From positions 1,960,728 to 2,024,727 of the forward strand of contig CAVNZM010000018.1 of assembly GCA_963693365.1 (NCBI GenBank): 64,000 nt of DNA, in the 5' to 3' direction. Every line of letters begins with the position of its first letter. Positions within the stretch are counted from its first letter, which is position 1. Below the pieces are notes generated by a model. The model was not told the DNA's origin, made no database searches, and was given only the letters and a program-made list of their open reading frames with translations. Source of the DNA: Amoebidium appalachense. Taxonomy: Eukaryota; Protista; Ichthyosporea. Shown here piece after piece: positions 23,715-48,223 of this stretch. The position numbers and the translations under genes were made by a program.

Positions 23715-24269
23715 ACAATAATCCCGCGTTTCAACGCCAGACCTCTAAGTGACGTCTATGAAAACTGAGTTATTCGAAAGCTTGTGATTCTGTGTAACTA
23801 TTTTTTTTATTATCCTGTGTGATATGGGGTTTCTTTTTTGGCGATTTAATAACTATTCGGTCAGGAATAGAAAATGTAAGCAGAGATGGGGGACTGTCGT
23901 GTACGTTTCAAGTTATCTTACATTCGGAAATTTTATTCCACAGTAAGTGACTTCCTTTCCCCGCCATATATGCCGGGATTACTTCATGCACACATGCCAC
24001 CGATCTGCGGCATCACCATCATGATGATGGTGGCCCAGCAGCATGGGGCCATGTTTTTATCCTTTCTTTTAATTTCTCTTTCGAGGCTCCGTGCTCGATT
24101 CGAACTGAGCGGTCTTCCCCCCTCCTTCCCTCCCTAACACCCCCCCCCCCCCCCCTCCCCCTCCCCTCCCTCCCCCCCCTCCCCTCCCTCCCCCCCCCTC
24201 CCCCCCCCCCCCCCCACCTTCCGAGTCCCCCCCCCCCCTCCCTCCTCCGCCCCCTCCCCCCCCCCCCCA

Positions 24270-25119
<850 letters not shown>

Positions 25120-25120
<1 letters not shown>

Positions 25121-25360
25121 ATGCTGTGAAATTAGGGGGTTTGTGGCCAAGGAATTGTCCCTAAAACTCTGCCGGAGAGTCCCTCGCTATTTTTTGAGGT
25201 TAGGTCCTACAATTTCTCAGCCAGTGGCTCTAAAACAGCCCGACTCTTTAAATAAATACCCCCTAAAAACGGTTAGTGGCTCAGCTACCAGGGCCATCCA
25301 GGCAGGGGAAAGGTTGTCAGCGGCTTAAATGGCACCAGCCAAAAAGGGATTTCTCTCCTG
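25120..25360 (+). mobile_element. Diverged copy of the hAT-type MITE at 54054-54294
   Basis: Begins CATGCTGTGAAATT and ends ATTTCTCTCCTG. The interior aligns by eye with 54054-54294. No TSD. Confidence 0.75.
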
Positions 25361-25507
25361 CCGGCGTGGCTGGGGTTGCTTGGTAACCCTGGGCAAAGTG
25401 TGTACTTATAATTAGGTTGTGAAGGATGCGACGGTTTAGCTTAGCTGAGCACATAGATAGCACCTTAACTAGTGTACTGTCGGTGCTGTGTGGTAGACGG
25501 TAGTTTA
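25355..25507 (+). mobile_element. Fragment of LINE 3' UTR (homologous to 63028-63163, minus strand)
   Basis: CTCCTGCCGGCGTGGCTGGGGT...CCCTGGGCAAAGTG...GTACTGTCGGTGCTGTGTGGTAGACGGTAGTTT is shared with the reverse complement of 63028-63163. Confidence 0.85.
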
Positions 25508-25536
25508 CCTCAGCCTCGGCCCCATAACCCTCGGCT

Positions 25537-25568
<32 letters not shown>

Positions 25569-25578
25569 CCCCCGGCCA

Positions 25579-36322
<10,744 letters not shown>

Positions 36323-36945
36323 AACACCTTATTTTGGTGATTTGTATATATTTAATCCCTTAATATAGACCTATTTTTATATTGGCCGTGTGTGGCCTTC
36401 TCAGACAACAGTATTCACCAATAATCAAAACGCAAAACCATTTAGGTCGCCTACCAGCACCTTTTTTTTTTTTTTTTTTTTTTTTTGATGGGGCCTGGCG
36501 TCGATTGCAAGTCCGGGCCAGAGGCCTTTAGCAGCACGGTCGGCCCGGGCCATGGCATGATGCCCGGCGAGCATGAACACAGGTCTCAGACAACAAGTGA
36601 GTATGGGCGGCCAAAATGTATTTATCTGCTCCACATGGCCCGTGTACAGGATGCACAACAGTGTGTTGGTGTGTGCACGTGTCTGGAAGTCTTAGCGCCT
36701 GTGCACGTGCTGCGCCGGTGCAGGCATTGAAGAGGGTTTCTTTTAGCTTTTCGGGCCGGGTCGGGTCAGAGGCATTTCTAGCTATATGTTGGCGTGCTGC
36801 GCATCGCTGCGCACCATCTTTTTGCCGGCAGCAAGGTACAAATACATCATAATACAACAAAAAAGAAAAAGAAAAGAGAAAAAAAAAGGATAATAGAAAG
36901 GGAAAAAAATAATAAAGCGTTTGGAAGAAAACTGCAGTTCATATC

Positions 36946-37608
36946 ATGATTTATATGCTGAGCAAACGGCTTGACCCGGATATGCTGGAATGGGGACAAT
37001 TAATTAAAGGTCCCTCTACCTCCCTAGGGCTAACGCCGCGGGCGGGGAGGACCCTGATGTCATGTTTGCGCAAGTCAGACCCACCTATTGCAAGTACCGC
37101 GGTACGGCTAGATCATAGTGTGAATATGAATAGTTTCAAGTCTATGGCTGATAGATATCTTTTTACTCTACGTGTTGAGTCCCTTCCGGTGTTAGGACCG
37201 CAAAAACACCAACTACTATAGCTAGTAGCCTATATGGCGGATACGGTTAGAGAGTCTCGTTCATACATAGATTCGTTTATTAGTAATGTGGTGTGGTGTA
37301 GAAACGCAAAGATGATTATGGCTTGGCGGTGTAATCGGTTTCTGGTGTCTCCTGCTCGTATGTGTAATATGTGTGGGGGGCGGTTTACTCGCGGCTGCAT
37401 ATCTATCAATAAATGCAACCTGTTAGCTAATGTATTAGAACCGGAGGTTATTGGCGGTTTTATTCTCTTTTCTTCCTCTCTTCCTCAATATATCCGTTTT
37501 AAGATGACTATCCTAGATCACCTTATTAATGCTGCACAGTATGATATTGTGATCCGGTGCCTTAACTTTCTTTCGGAGCTACCGATGCTAGCCTCTGCTT
37601 ACCCATAA
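36946..37608 (+). pseudogene. 3' fragment of a divergent member of the LINE family at 1579-4260
   Basis: Two same-frame ORFs separated by TAG 37219-37221. AWRCNRF...CNMCGGRFTRGCISINKC...TILDHLINAAQYDIVIRCLNFL aligns with QWRSNKY...CPNNTHTHQFNRSCIAKC...NILDFILNTRNYDLFIRCIDWL. Confidence 0.85.
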
Positions 37609-37631
37609 TATGTAATAGGGGTGTCAGATAC

Positions 37632-37775
37632 TACGATGGCGCTCATTGTTGCCTAGCATGTACATGTACATATGTCACTGGCTGCATTTGATTGGCTGTG
37701 CTGGAAAACGCAGTAGGCCGTCGAATGTGGCTGGGCCTCCGGCAGTGTCCACGCAATAAAAAGTGTGTAAACCCC
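37632..37775 (-). mobile_element. Third copy of the end of the 81-bp TIR element
   Basis: Reverse complement of 4982-5120, ending GTGTGTAAACCCC. Confidence 0.85.
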
Positions 37776-38037
37776 GAGGCCACGACTGAGTTGTGGTGAA
37801 TTGCAGATATATCATGCATACAGAATTTATTGAAGAGCAGAACCAACCTAAAAAAGAGCCACATTTTTCAGCCCTCACCCTCCTGATCCCTCGAGAGCCC
37901 TGTTCATTTAATATCATCCCCTCTGCTACCCTGTCAGCTGTAAGATCTCTCCGTTGTCATTCTGCCCGGAGCCTCTGAGTTGCGCTGTTGCTCGCTTTCT
38001 CACACTGCCTGTCTCGGCTCTTTCTCGCCATAATCGA

Positions 38038-38080
<43 letters not shown>

Positions 38081-39599
38081 TTCCCCCATCCCCGCCCTCC
38101 GCCTACCCCTCTTTCCCCTCACCAAGACAAACACACATGAACACATGTACACCTGCGTATGTACGTACAAGCCAGTACAAGCCCCCCTCCCCGCGGCGAT
38201 CTTGAACACAATTAACCGTGCCCCTCCCCCTCCCCCCCCCTCCCCACCCCCCTCCTTTCCCCTCCCCCCCACAGGCTCCCACACACACACGTGTGCACAC
38301 ATACACGCGCGCGCGTGCGTACATACAACCATCAACTGTATACACACACAGAACGCCCCACCGCAAGAACCTGTTATGCCGTTATACTCGGTTTCAGTTG
38401 GCTGGTCGATAGTTTTATGTTGACATCGGGAGAGTGTAAGTACAGGTTACGGATGTGCGTCAACGGAGGCTGGTCACACCTTTTGAGTTACAATTCATAG
38501 CCAGCAACCCGACCGCGCGCATGACATCACACACCTGATTCACGATCATCACTGGTTGCCTCACAAAAATTCCTACCCACGGCAACTCGTTTGTGCCACC
38601 TACGTAGCAGGCCTTTAGCACGAGGTCTCTGATCAAGACGGGTGACCTACCCTTGTTCAAGTGAAACAGTATCTGAGTTGGGTTTCGTTAACGAGGTGAA
38701 TAGGTCGAACTCGGGTACTGTGGATGACGTGGGCCCCCTCTGAGGATGGGCTCTGCTTATTAGGCATACTCTTTATGTATGGCTTGCATTCTGCATCGTG
38801 TTATCCGTTTGTTCTTGTGTACTTCGTACTTTTTGACGCATTCAAACCCCCCCCCCCCCCCCCGTTTCTATGAAGCTATCATATGCTAGTCATTAAATCT
38901 GTGCATTAGTCAATAACTATACGTTCCCGGTTTGGGCTGATCTGATCATCCAATCGGACAAGGTCTTTAAATTTGATTTATTTATATATATATGGCAGGA
39001 CGGTTACTGTCCTATTAGGGGTCCCTAAGGCTCAATCCTGTTTTTGGAGGACCTGTACGGAACCTCCTTCCCCACCTTCCCTCCTTCGAATTCCAACCCC
39101 TTACCTCCACTCCTACTCCCACCTCCTTCCTTCCTCCCCCTCCCTCATCCCCCCATCCCCCCCTTTCACCCCCTTACCTCCACTCCTCCTTACCCCTCCC
39201 CTTCCCCCTTCCCCCATCCCCCCCCCCCCCCCCCTCCCCCGCACCCTCACGGAAGTGTATCCATACGTGGTTTGGCTTTTGAACATGACAGGCATCCCCT
39301 CTGCAATACTCCAAAGAGCTTGTGGGGAGCTGAACCAGGTATTGTGTTTTTCTTTCGTGTCTTTTTGTTTCGTGTTTGTGTGTTGAAGGGTGTGTGTGTG
39401 CGGGGGGAGGGGACGAGGGAGGACGGGGGGAGAGGGGGGGGGGGGGGGGGGGGACGGGGGGTAACTCAGAATTCAGTGGTTTCTTCGGCTTGCATGAACC
39501 GGCGAGTGGCCGGGGCAGATTGGGGTGGGGTTGGGGGGGCTGTGGTGGTGGTGGTGTTTTCTTTTTTTTTTTTTTTTTGTGGGGGGGGGGGGGGGGGGG

Positions 39600-40448
39600 A
39601 GATGAAGAAAAGCGGGGGAGATAGAGAAGGGTTTATTTTTTGTGTATGTGTGTGCGGGGGGGGGGGGGGGGGGGGGGGGTCTGTCATACTGCGAAGTCTA
39701 CCTACCCCCCTACCAAACTACTCAATTTCGCTTTCAACACCAACGACACCAACGAAAGTATACAACCCCCCCCCCCCCCCCCCCCCCCCCCCGGCCATCC
39801 CTCAACAAACACACACACACACCGTCGCGCTCACTCTGGCATCCACCTACCCATTAACACCTCCCAGCAATATAGAATGCCCCCCTCCCCCCCCCCCCCC
39901 CCCCCCTCCTCCCCCCCCCCCAATAATAATAATGATGATAATAATAATTAATGAAAAATAACATTGCTTAAAACGATCAATTCGCCTTTCTAGCCGCATT
40001 CCAACCACTGTGGCAAAAAACACACAAGCACCCACAAAACACAAGCCCGGACGAGCGTACGTGCACACTACACGCGCACACATGGCCACACACGCACGCA
40101 TACGCACACACGCACACACTTACACACACACACACACACACACACACCGACACACCCACATACCCAAACACACATCATCATTCACAACCTACCAAACACA
40201 CCCACGCATGCACACACACCCACACACGCAAACATACACATGCATGCACACACAAGCACACAGAAAAACACACAAACAAACACACAGTGTCACAGTGGCA
40301 CTATGGTTGCTACGCCACCCCCCGCTCACACACACACATGATACCGGTATCCACCCAATTCCCCACACACCCACCCACACCCACCACCACAGCCTCGCAC
40401 ACCCCAACACCTACTTCAGTATCCTTTTTCTGCTCTCTCCCCGATCTG
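39600..40448 (-). repeat. Outer island of the large inverted duplication, right copy
   Basis: Reverse complement of 9500-10454 with substitutions and indels. Confidence 0.9.
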
Positions 40449-40725
40449 GCTCGACCCCAAATTCTACCACTCCCGGGGAAGGGGGGGGGGGGGGGGGGGG
40501 GGGAGAGAGAGGGGGTAGACCGCAGGTGGAATATGGTACGAAGGGAGGGTGAAAGCAGGAACTTTATTCATGCTTTTATCACCTAATACCCCCCTCCCCC
40601 CGCCCCCCCCCCCCCCCTTTCCCCTCTTTCTTGGCGACAGCCCCCTCCCCCCCCCCCCCCCCCCCTTCCCTCCCCCCGGCGGGAGGGGGGAGGGGGGGCG
40701 GGGGGGGAGGGGGAGCCGTGCCATG

Positions 40726-40937
40726 ATGATTTGAGTTGTTTAAGTTATGTGTACCTGCCCATAGCTGGGACTTCCATTTAGTAACCATGTCGGGGATTTT
40801 CGTTTACCGATGCTCCATGTACCATATATTGAAAATGCCCAAAATAAGTATTGCCTTATTTAGGCAAAACCAATCATTTCCTTTGCGCAGGCCACTGATT
40901 ACCAGTCAGACCGTATAACTTAAACAACTCAAATCAT
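40726..40937. mobile_element. 212-bp MITE-like element with perfect 23-bp TIRs
   Basis: ATGATTTGAGTTGTTTAAGTTAT (40726-40748) and ATAACTTAAACAACTCAAATCAT (40915-40937). TSD unclear. Confidence 0.7.
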
Positions 40938-42321
40938 TGACAATTATTGGCTTAAAAAAAAACAACAATTATAAAATATAAGCCTCGCTTATATTAGAGG
41001 CACGGTTTCATGTGACATCACCCAGCTTGATGATGTATGGGCTGCGACGTTTTTTTGCATACCTATCCGGCATCATGATAGGTCTGCCGATGTCGTGGCC
41101 GGTAACTTAAACATAAACCCGAAATCGAGAGATATTAAGATTAATACGCGGGCGAATATTCAGCTTGAAACTGCTTGGGGAGCCCATCGATATCACATCC
41201 AGGTGGAACTGTGGAATTGTGGTTGGCGGCAGATATATATATATATCTAGAGGTCAATTTTAAAATTTTCAATATTGATACGGATACTATGGCGGTTGAG
41301 TATATTAAGCCGAACACAAGGGGAGGGGCGGGGGGAAGGGGGGGGGAGGGGGGGAGGGGGGGGGGGGGGGGGGGGTTCTATATGGGGTTTTGGTGATTTT
41401 CGCACAATCAGGTATGCGAGCAATCTCGCAAGGCATTTTAGACTCACCCTTTGAACTGTTGGCACAAAGAAAGTATTCAACCCCCCCTCGCTACCGTCCC
41501 CCCTCCTCCTGCCCCCTCCCTCCCCCCCTCCCCCCCCCCCCCCCCCCCCCCCAATACCCCCACGGGGCCCCGTATCATAATAAATGATATCTGCATATCC
41601 GTCAAAGTTAACTGAGCTCACCCCTTTCGGAGCCAACCCACCCCATCTTCCCCCCCCCCCCCCCCCCCCTCTCCCCCCACCACCACGCAACCCCCCCCCC
41701 CCCTTCCTCACCCTCCCCCTTTCTCCCCCCCCCCCCCCCCCCAAAACATACTGTTAACACCATTCACCCCACATCCCCCCCCTCCCCCCCCCCCCCCCCC
41801 CCCTTAATCCACTGTGTGGGTGAAATGGACATAGATTACAAGCCAGTGGTACAATTAGACTAGATTCATGGTATGGGTAAGTCAAGAAGGCAAAGGGTCC
41901 ACATGACCTACACTCAATTAGGAATGAGAGTTGCTGTTTAATACACGTGCATGAATGCATGTGCATGCATATATAGCAAACACACAAGTACATGTGTATC
42001 GTTGGAGTTTACACACAGAGGGGAAAGGGAGGAAAGGGGGGAAAGGGAGGGGGGGGCAAAAAAAAAAAAAAAGTTAATTAGCAAACCGTGCGTGTAAAGG
42101 TTTAAAACAATCAGACGCCTCGTAACGTTGAATTTTCTTAGCCCCCCCCCCCCCCCCCCCCCCCCCCTTCCCCCTCCCTCTCCCCCCTTAACCATTTTGT
42201 AGTCCTTATAGTATTAATAGATAGCAGTTGACGATTGACTGAAAAGTGTGTGTGCATGAACTATTTCACAATAGAGCTAGTCTCTAACATAAACTGATGA
42301 GATAATGTGTACATATCTTTC

Positions 42322-42835
42322 GCACTGTGTTTGCTAATTTGCAAGCACTATCCAAGCACTGTGTTTGCTAATATGCAAGCACTATCCATGCACTGTGTTT
42401 GCTAATTTGCAAGCACTATCCATGCACTGTGTTTGCTAATTTGCAGGCACTATCCATGCACTGTGTTTGCTAATTTGCAGGCACTATCCATGCACTGTGT
42501 TTGCTAATTTGCAGGCACTATCCATGCACTGTGTTTGCTAATTTGCAGGCACTATCCATGCACTGTGTTTGCTAATTTGCAGGCGCTATCCATGCACTGT
42601 GTTTGCTAATTTGCAAGCACTATCCATGCACCCTGTTTGCTACTTTGCAAGCACTATCCATGCACTGTGTTTGCTAATTTGCAAGCACTATCCATGCACT
42701 GTGTTTGCTAATTTGCAAGCACTATCCATGCACTGTGTTTGCTAAATTGCAAGCACTATCCATGCACTGTGTTTGCTAATTTGCAAGCACTATCCATGCA
42801 CTGTGTTTGCTAATATGCAAGCACTATCCATGCAC
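42322..42835. repeat. 34-bp minisatellite, about 15 copies
   Basis: Unit GCACTGTGTTTGCTAATTTGCA(A/G)GCACTATCCAT, head-to-tail with no spacers. Confidence 0.95.
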
Positions 42836-43154
42836 TTTTTTTCATGCATTGGTATGTAAGTGCGTGTCACTGGAATAATTTATTGGAAAGAAAAAGCAAA
42901 ATATCCAACAACCACTAAAAAAACGTCAGGCTCTAAGAATGCAAAGAAAAGGTACTGTAAGCAGACGGAAGCGGTAGGGAAGGCAAACCAAGAATACAGT
43001 TAAGAGGGTGGTGGAGGTAAAAGCCAGGTAAGAAGGACATTGGGGTTTAGAACTTGTTCATGCCTGAAAAACGCGTGACTGGCCTTGTTTTATTTTTTAT
43101 TTTTGTGTGCGCACGTGTGTGTGCGTGTGTGGGGGTGGGGGGGGGGGGGGGGGG

Positions 43155-43276
<122 letters not shown>

Positions 43277-43299
43277 GGGGGGGGGGGGGAGATAGGGGG

Positions 43300-43447
<148 letters not shown>

Positions 43448-43594
43448 GGGGGAAGGGAGGAGGAGGGGGGGGGGGGGCGAGAGGGAGAGAGAGCCTTGAA
43501 AGACGATAGGGGGTGGGGGGAAGGATTTAGGTAGGAAGAGAGGGAGAGAGGGCTGGGGACTCTGAGAGAGAATGGGGGAAAGGGGAGGGTGTGT

Positions 43595-43625
<31 letters not shown>

Positions 43626-43799
43626 GGGGGAGACAGCGAGAGATGGAGAGAAGAGAGGACGTTTGTGTGTGTTGGGGGGGGAGGGGGGGGAGGGGGGGAG
43701 GGGAGGGCAGGGCGGAGTTGGGTTGGGGTTGGAGGGGGGAGGGGGAGGGGAGGGGGGGGGCGGAGGGGAGGGAGAGAGAGAGGGGGGGGGGGGGGGAGA

Positions 43800-43869
<70 letters not shown>

Positions 43870-45141
43870 CATACGGTGTGTGTGTTTATATGTGTGTTAG
43901 TGGTTAGGGAGACAGAAAGGACAAAGGGAGAGTGCAGGACAAACGGAAAGGCCGAACCTGAGGGAGCCTCGAAGAAGACAACTGAATGGGGACTGAGGCT
44001 GTACACGATGTGCATTACATGAGGTGGCCTGGGCCAGGAGCGAGTGTGCTCAATTGGTACGTTTAATGGCTGTGTCTAATCATTTTCTTCCTCCCTTGGC
44101 AACGTTCTGGCAAGTCCTACTATCGAGAAGCGTGCAAGCAAGGACCAACAGAAGAATGAATACACTTCGATTGTTTTCACCATCAGCATGGTGAGGAAAC
44201 AGAACCTATTCATAGTGAAGACTGCCGTAACTGTTTACTAGCTTACCTAACTTGTCAATATATAGGACAGCAATTCGTTAAGGCGAAAAGGCTGAATCCG
44301 CTCGCACACCTGTGTTTACATCTTCCACAAGCATGGGTAATTTCAGCTTGGCTGCTCAATGACCAAGATCATGCCGTGGCCAGACCGAGTGATGACCATC
44401 CTTTTGGATGTGGATTTTCGTGCACTTGCAGGTGTGCTCCTACTTTATATTGTTTATTATGGTATGTTTGAACGCCACACTGGAAAAAAAAAAAAAGAAA
44501 ACGGGGACCAAACAGAAAAAAAGGGCAAAAAAAACAAAACAAAAAAAAAACGAATAAGCAATGTAACTTAGATAAGGTTGAACTTGAAAGACGGACGGCA
44601 TTTGGAGTCAACCCCCTGCCCAAAAAGGCAGCGGCGCACCCAACTCTCCAATCAACGTGAGCGCAACCTGTCAATCAGAAGACGGTAAAGTTTTTAATCA
44701 AACGCATATTCTTGAGCAAAGTTCGTTGCCTGGCGAGTGGCGGCAATAAGCTTTTTTTCATATGCATATTTGGCTTTCTTTAGCCAGATAGCTTCATGGT
44801 TTCAAACATAAATGCTAGCAGCAGAGAGAAACAGCTTTTGATATTTCAGAATTCGTACGAGTGCATTGTGACCTTCACTATCACCTCAGATCAAGATCGG
44901 ATGCCTTGATCTGTTTACACTCCTCGAGTAGCAGATACTTATTGGACAGGTGCGCACCATTGTTGCGCATTTTGATTGGCTTAAATCCCAACCCTTGGAG
45001 CTGGTAGCCTGGCACAGCTCTTACGTCTTCAAGAGAATGGGCACACATTTTATCCGCTCAGTCGAACCTTCGTTCACAACCATACACACCCACTCACATT
45101 CGTGTTTTTCATTTCAGTTTTCGACGTGAAAAAACGCAACC

Positions 45142-47686
45142 ATGGCGACTCTTAACCCTCAGCTTCTTGCCAGGTTTTCTGACCTGGCAGCCAAGGATTG
45201 TGACCAGCAGTGCGAGCAGTTTCTGAAGACCTTCATCTTTGCCCTCGGTGACGACTGGACGGGTGTCTCTAAGCTCTGTGACAGCTGGAAAAAGTATCTG
45301 AAGGCTATTAAGGCAAGTGGGCAGGATATCGACCTCGCTCAGGCAGCAGATTTCTTCCAGAAAAACTCCACGGGGGCACGCAAAGAGGGCACGGGTGCAC
45401 AGAGGCGTGAGGAGCTCCGTGACATTGATGTGGACGCCAACAACAGGTGTGTGGCTAGCTTACCAGCTCAAATTTTGGAAGGAAAAAAACGGGGAAGGAA
45501 AAGGGTAAAAGCATGGGTTACGATTGCGAAAAGAAAAACGATGATTGAATCTGCAATAACATGCACACCGATGCTTTCTCTTAGGCTTTTTTTCTGTTGC
45601 CTCAGTCCACTAGTGATTCGATACTACTCCCGGAACGGTCTTTGGTCATGTGTTCCAATTCTGTGTTTTTTCTCAAGCAACAAGGGGTTTTGAAGCATAT
45701 CGTTACCAATGGTACTTGGAAGAGAGGTCAAAACTCCTTCTCCAATACCATTTGAAGCTCAACTTTTGCTACGCCTTGTCTCATAGACTCCCTCCTAGTC
45801 ACATGTACTGTAGTCGTTGTTAAACGTTTCGAAGCTTCAACTGGACAGTCTTCATATAGCCCTTTCCACTGAAAGAAACCTCCCCTTTTCAATCGCGAAA
45901 CAATGCAGATGTAGTGTTTTGCTACTTTTTCTTGCAAAACACATTTTCCTCTGGTTTTGTGCCCCTTTCCATAATATGTGCTGTGTGCAGTTGAATAGAT
46001 ATATTGGTTTGCGCTCACCATGCAAAACGCTAATTCCGGAATCACACACCACAGAGATATTGTTCTTTCCAAATCGTTTCCTCACATATCATTCGTCATA
46101 CAGAATCACCTTTGCCGAGTATCTTCTGCTGCACTACAAGGGCATGGTGCTCAAGGAGTATTACAAGCGCCTCGAACAGGATGCCCCCATGAACCTAGAT
46201 GACGAGGAGGTTGTGGCCAACATCACCGGTTAGCGATTCCCCCCCCCCCTCTTCCCCTCTTCCCCTCTTCCCCATCCCTCCCCTGCCCCCAAGCTGCAAC
46301 AACAGGATGGTGTACGTGAATGTATGTACGAGCAGTTACGTTCAGGTGACACAAGGCGCGCGCACACACAAACACACACACACGGACACACATGTTGTAC
46401 ATGGTGGAGACGGAGTGTGTGTTTGTGTGCAACATGGTGGAGACGGAGTGCGTGTTTGTGTGTGTGTGTATTTGTTCGGGGGAGGGGACGGAAGAGGGGG
46501 GGGGGGGGGGGGGAGGGGATGAAATCTCGCAGTAAGAGGCACGGTTACCCAGAAGTGCTCGGAAGAAGAAACCTGAGGGTTACAAAGCACTTGCCTGTTA
46601 CAAATTCAACATCACTGAAATGGGGCGGCTAGAATCACGTGTGTGCTACATTACAAAATAGTGCTGCAATGTGAATGCTAACATGTGTGTCCCATTCACT
46701 TTCTGCAGGCAAATGCAACGAGCTTGTGGAGCAGCTGTTCACGACACCCAACGCCCTCGACCCTGCCATGGAGGAGGCCATCGAGAACTTCACTCAGGCC
46801 AAGAAGGCACGAAGCGAGAAAATGAAGCATCTTCAGGTACGTTTATTTTCCTATTTTTCTTTGCATTTGTTTTGTGCCTGGGGCAGTGAAAAAAAACTGT
46901 AAAGTTTTCAAAACCTGCAAAGACCTTCGAAATCCTAGCATCGTTCTCCCCCCCCCCCCCCCCCCCCCTCCTCCCTCCCCACCCCACCCCCTCCCCTCCT
47001 CAAAACCCCCACGCCCCTTCCTCCGCTCCCCATGTGTGCTTTGCCAAATCACATCGTGTGGTCCTTTGTAAATGCAAACTTCGTACTCTGTAACACATTG
47101 TTATCCTCCCCCCCCCCCCTCCCCCCCCCCACACACACACGCACTTGCACATATATATGATACATGAAGGGCATTCTTCTTTCTTATTCTGAGGCATTGG
47201 ATATTGTGGTGTTGTGTGGTCGTCCTGACTATGTGTGCATGTGTGTGTTTGGGGCGGCGGGGAGGGGGGGGGGGGGGGGGCGGAGGGGAGGGGGGGGGAA
47301 GGGGGGAGGGGGGGAAGGGGGGCAGCATCCGCACAGCAAGTCCGACTAATCATACATAGTTCTGTGCTAGTGGCAAGAGGAAGGGGTATGTAGATTGGCT
47401 GCATTTTTTATTTTCATAGCTAACCCACTGTATCCCACAGGCACTCGCAGAAAAGGGCGGTGTAAAGGGCATGGCAGCAGGCAACGAACTTGCGCAGATG
47501 GAGGCAGGGGACCACACGGAGCTCAACCGCATGGAGGTGACCCTCAACGCCGCAAAGCGCCTTGCAGTGAAAAAGTCCGGTGAGCTGATGCTCGAGAAGA
47601 AGAAGAAGGAAGAGGAGGCACGCCTGGCAAAGGAGAAGGAAGATGCAAAGGCCCGCCTCAAGGCCAAGGCTGCCCTCTGGTCGTAA
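45142..47686 (+). CDS. EF-hand calcium-regulated actin-bundling protein (Dictyostelium ABP34/abpB-like), 267 aa
   Basis: Exons 45142-45446, 46104-46228, 46709-46836 and 47441-47686, GT-AG with consistent phases, 804 nt in total. EF-hand loop DVDANNRITFAE spans intron 1. The C-terminal GGVKGMAAGNELAQM...RMEVTLNAAKR and the charged coiled coil ending LKAKAALW resemble ABP34-family proteins. Confidence 0.85.
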
Positions 47687-48188
47687 AATGTTTGGTTGGG
47701 AAATACGGGAATATTACGAAAGTCACTACTTGATAAAAAAACTCGAGTCACTGTTTGAAAATTCGTTTTATTTACATATCTCAGATGGTTGCTGTTGCTA
47801 AGATCAGGACATATTACGAATGATTGTTATTTTATATGCACTTCCATTGCAATTTCAGGTTTTCATATCGGTCACGGAAAATGATATGGTACTTTGGAGG
47901 AGATGGTTGTTTCTAAATGAACACAACACATTGATTTGAAAGACTTGTCATCAATCCGAATTCGTTCACTGAATATAATGTAGCTCTTTCGAACCTGGGT
48001 TCGTAGGCATTCACTTGCACTGTCGACAGCAGGCCAAAGTCTCAGTGTTCCCGTGTGTGCAGGCGCTCGTTTATCCATCTTTTGGGGAGATTCACAGGCA
48101 TGCCGGAGATTCTTACTCTCTCGGGTGGACGTGTCCCGTGCACAAAGTGATGAGAGGCTGCACTGAGAATACGAAAGAACAGTGGGTT

Positions 48189-48223
<35 letters not shown>

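Noticed and set aside
42322-42835. CRISPR array (34-bp repeats with partial dyad symmetry)
   Set aside because: The units are head-to-tail with no unique spacers, there are no cas genes, and the context is eukaryotic.
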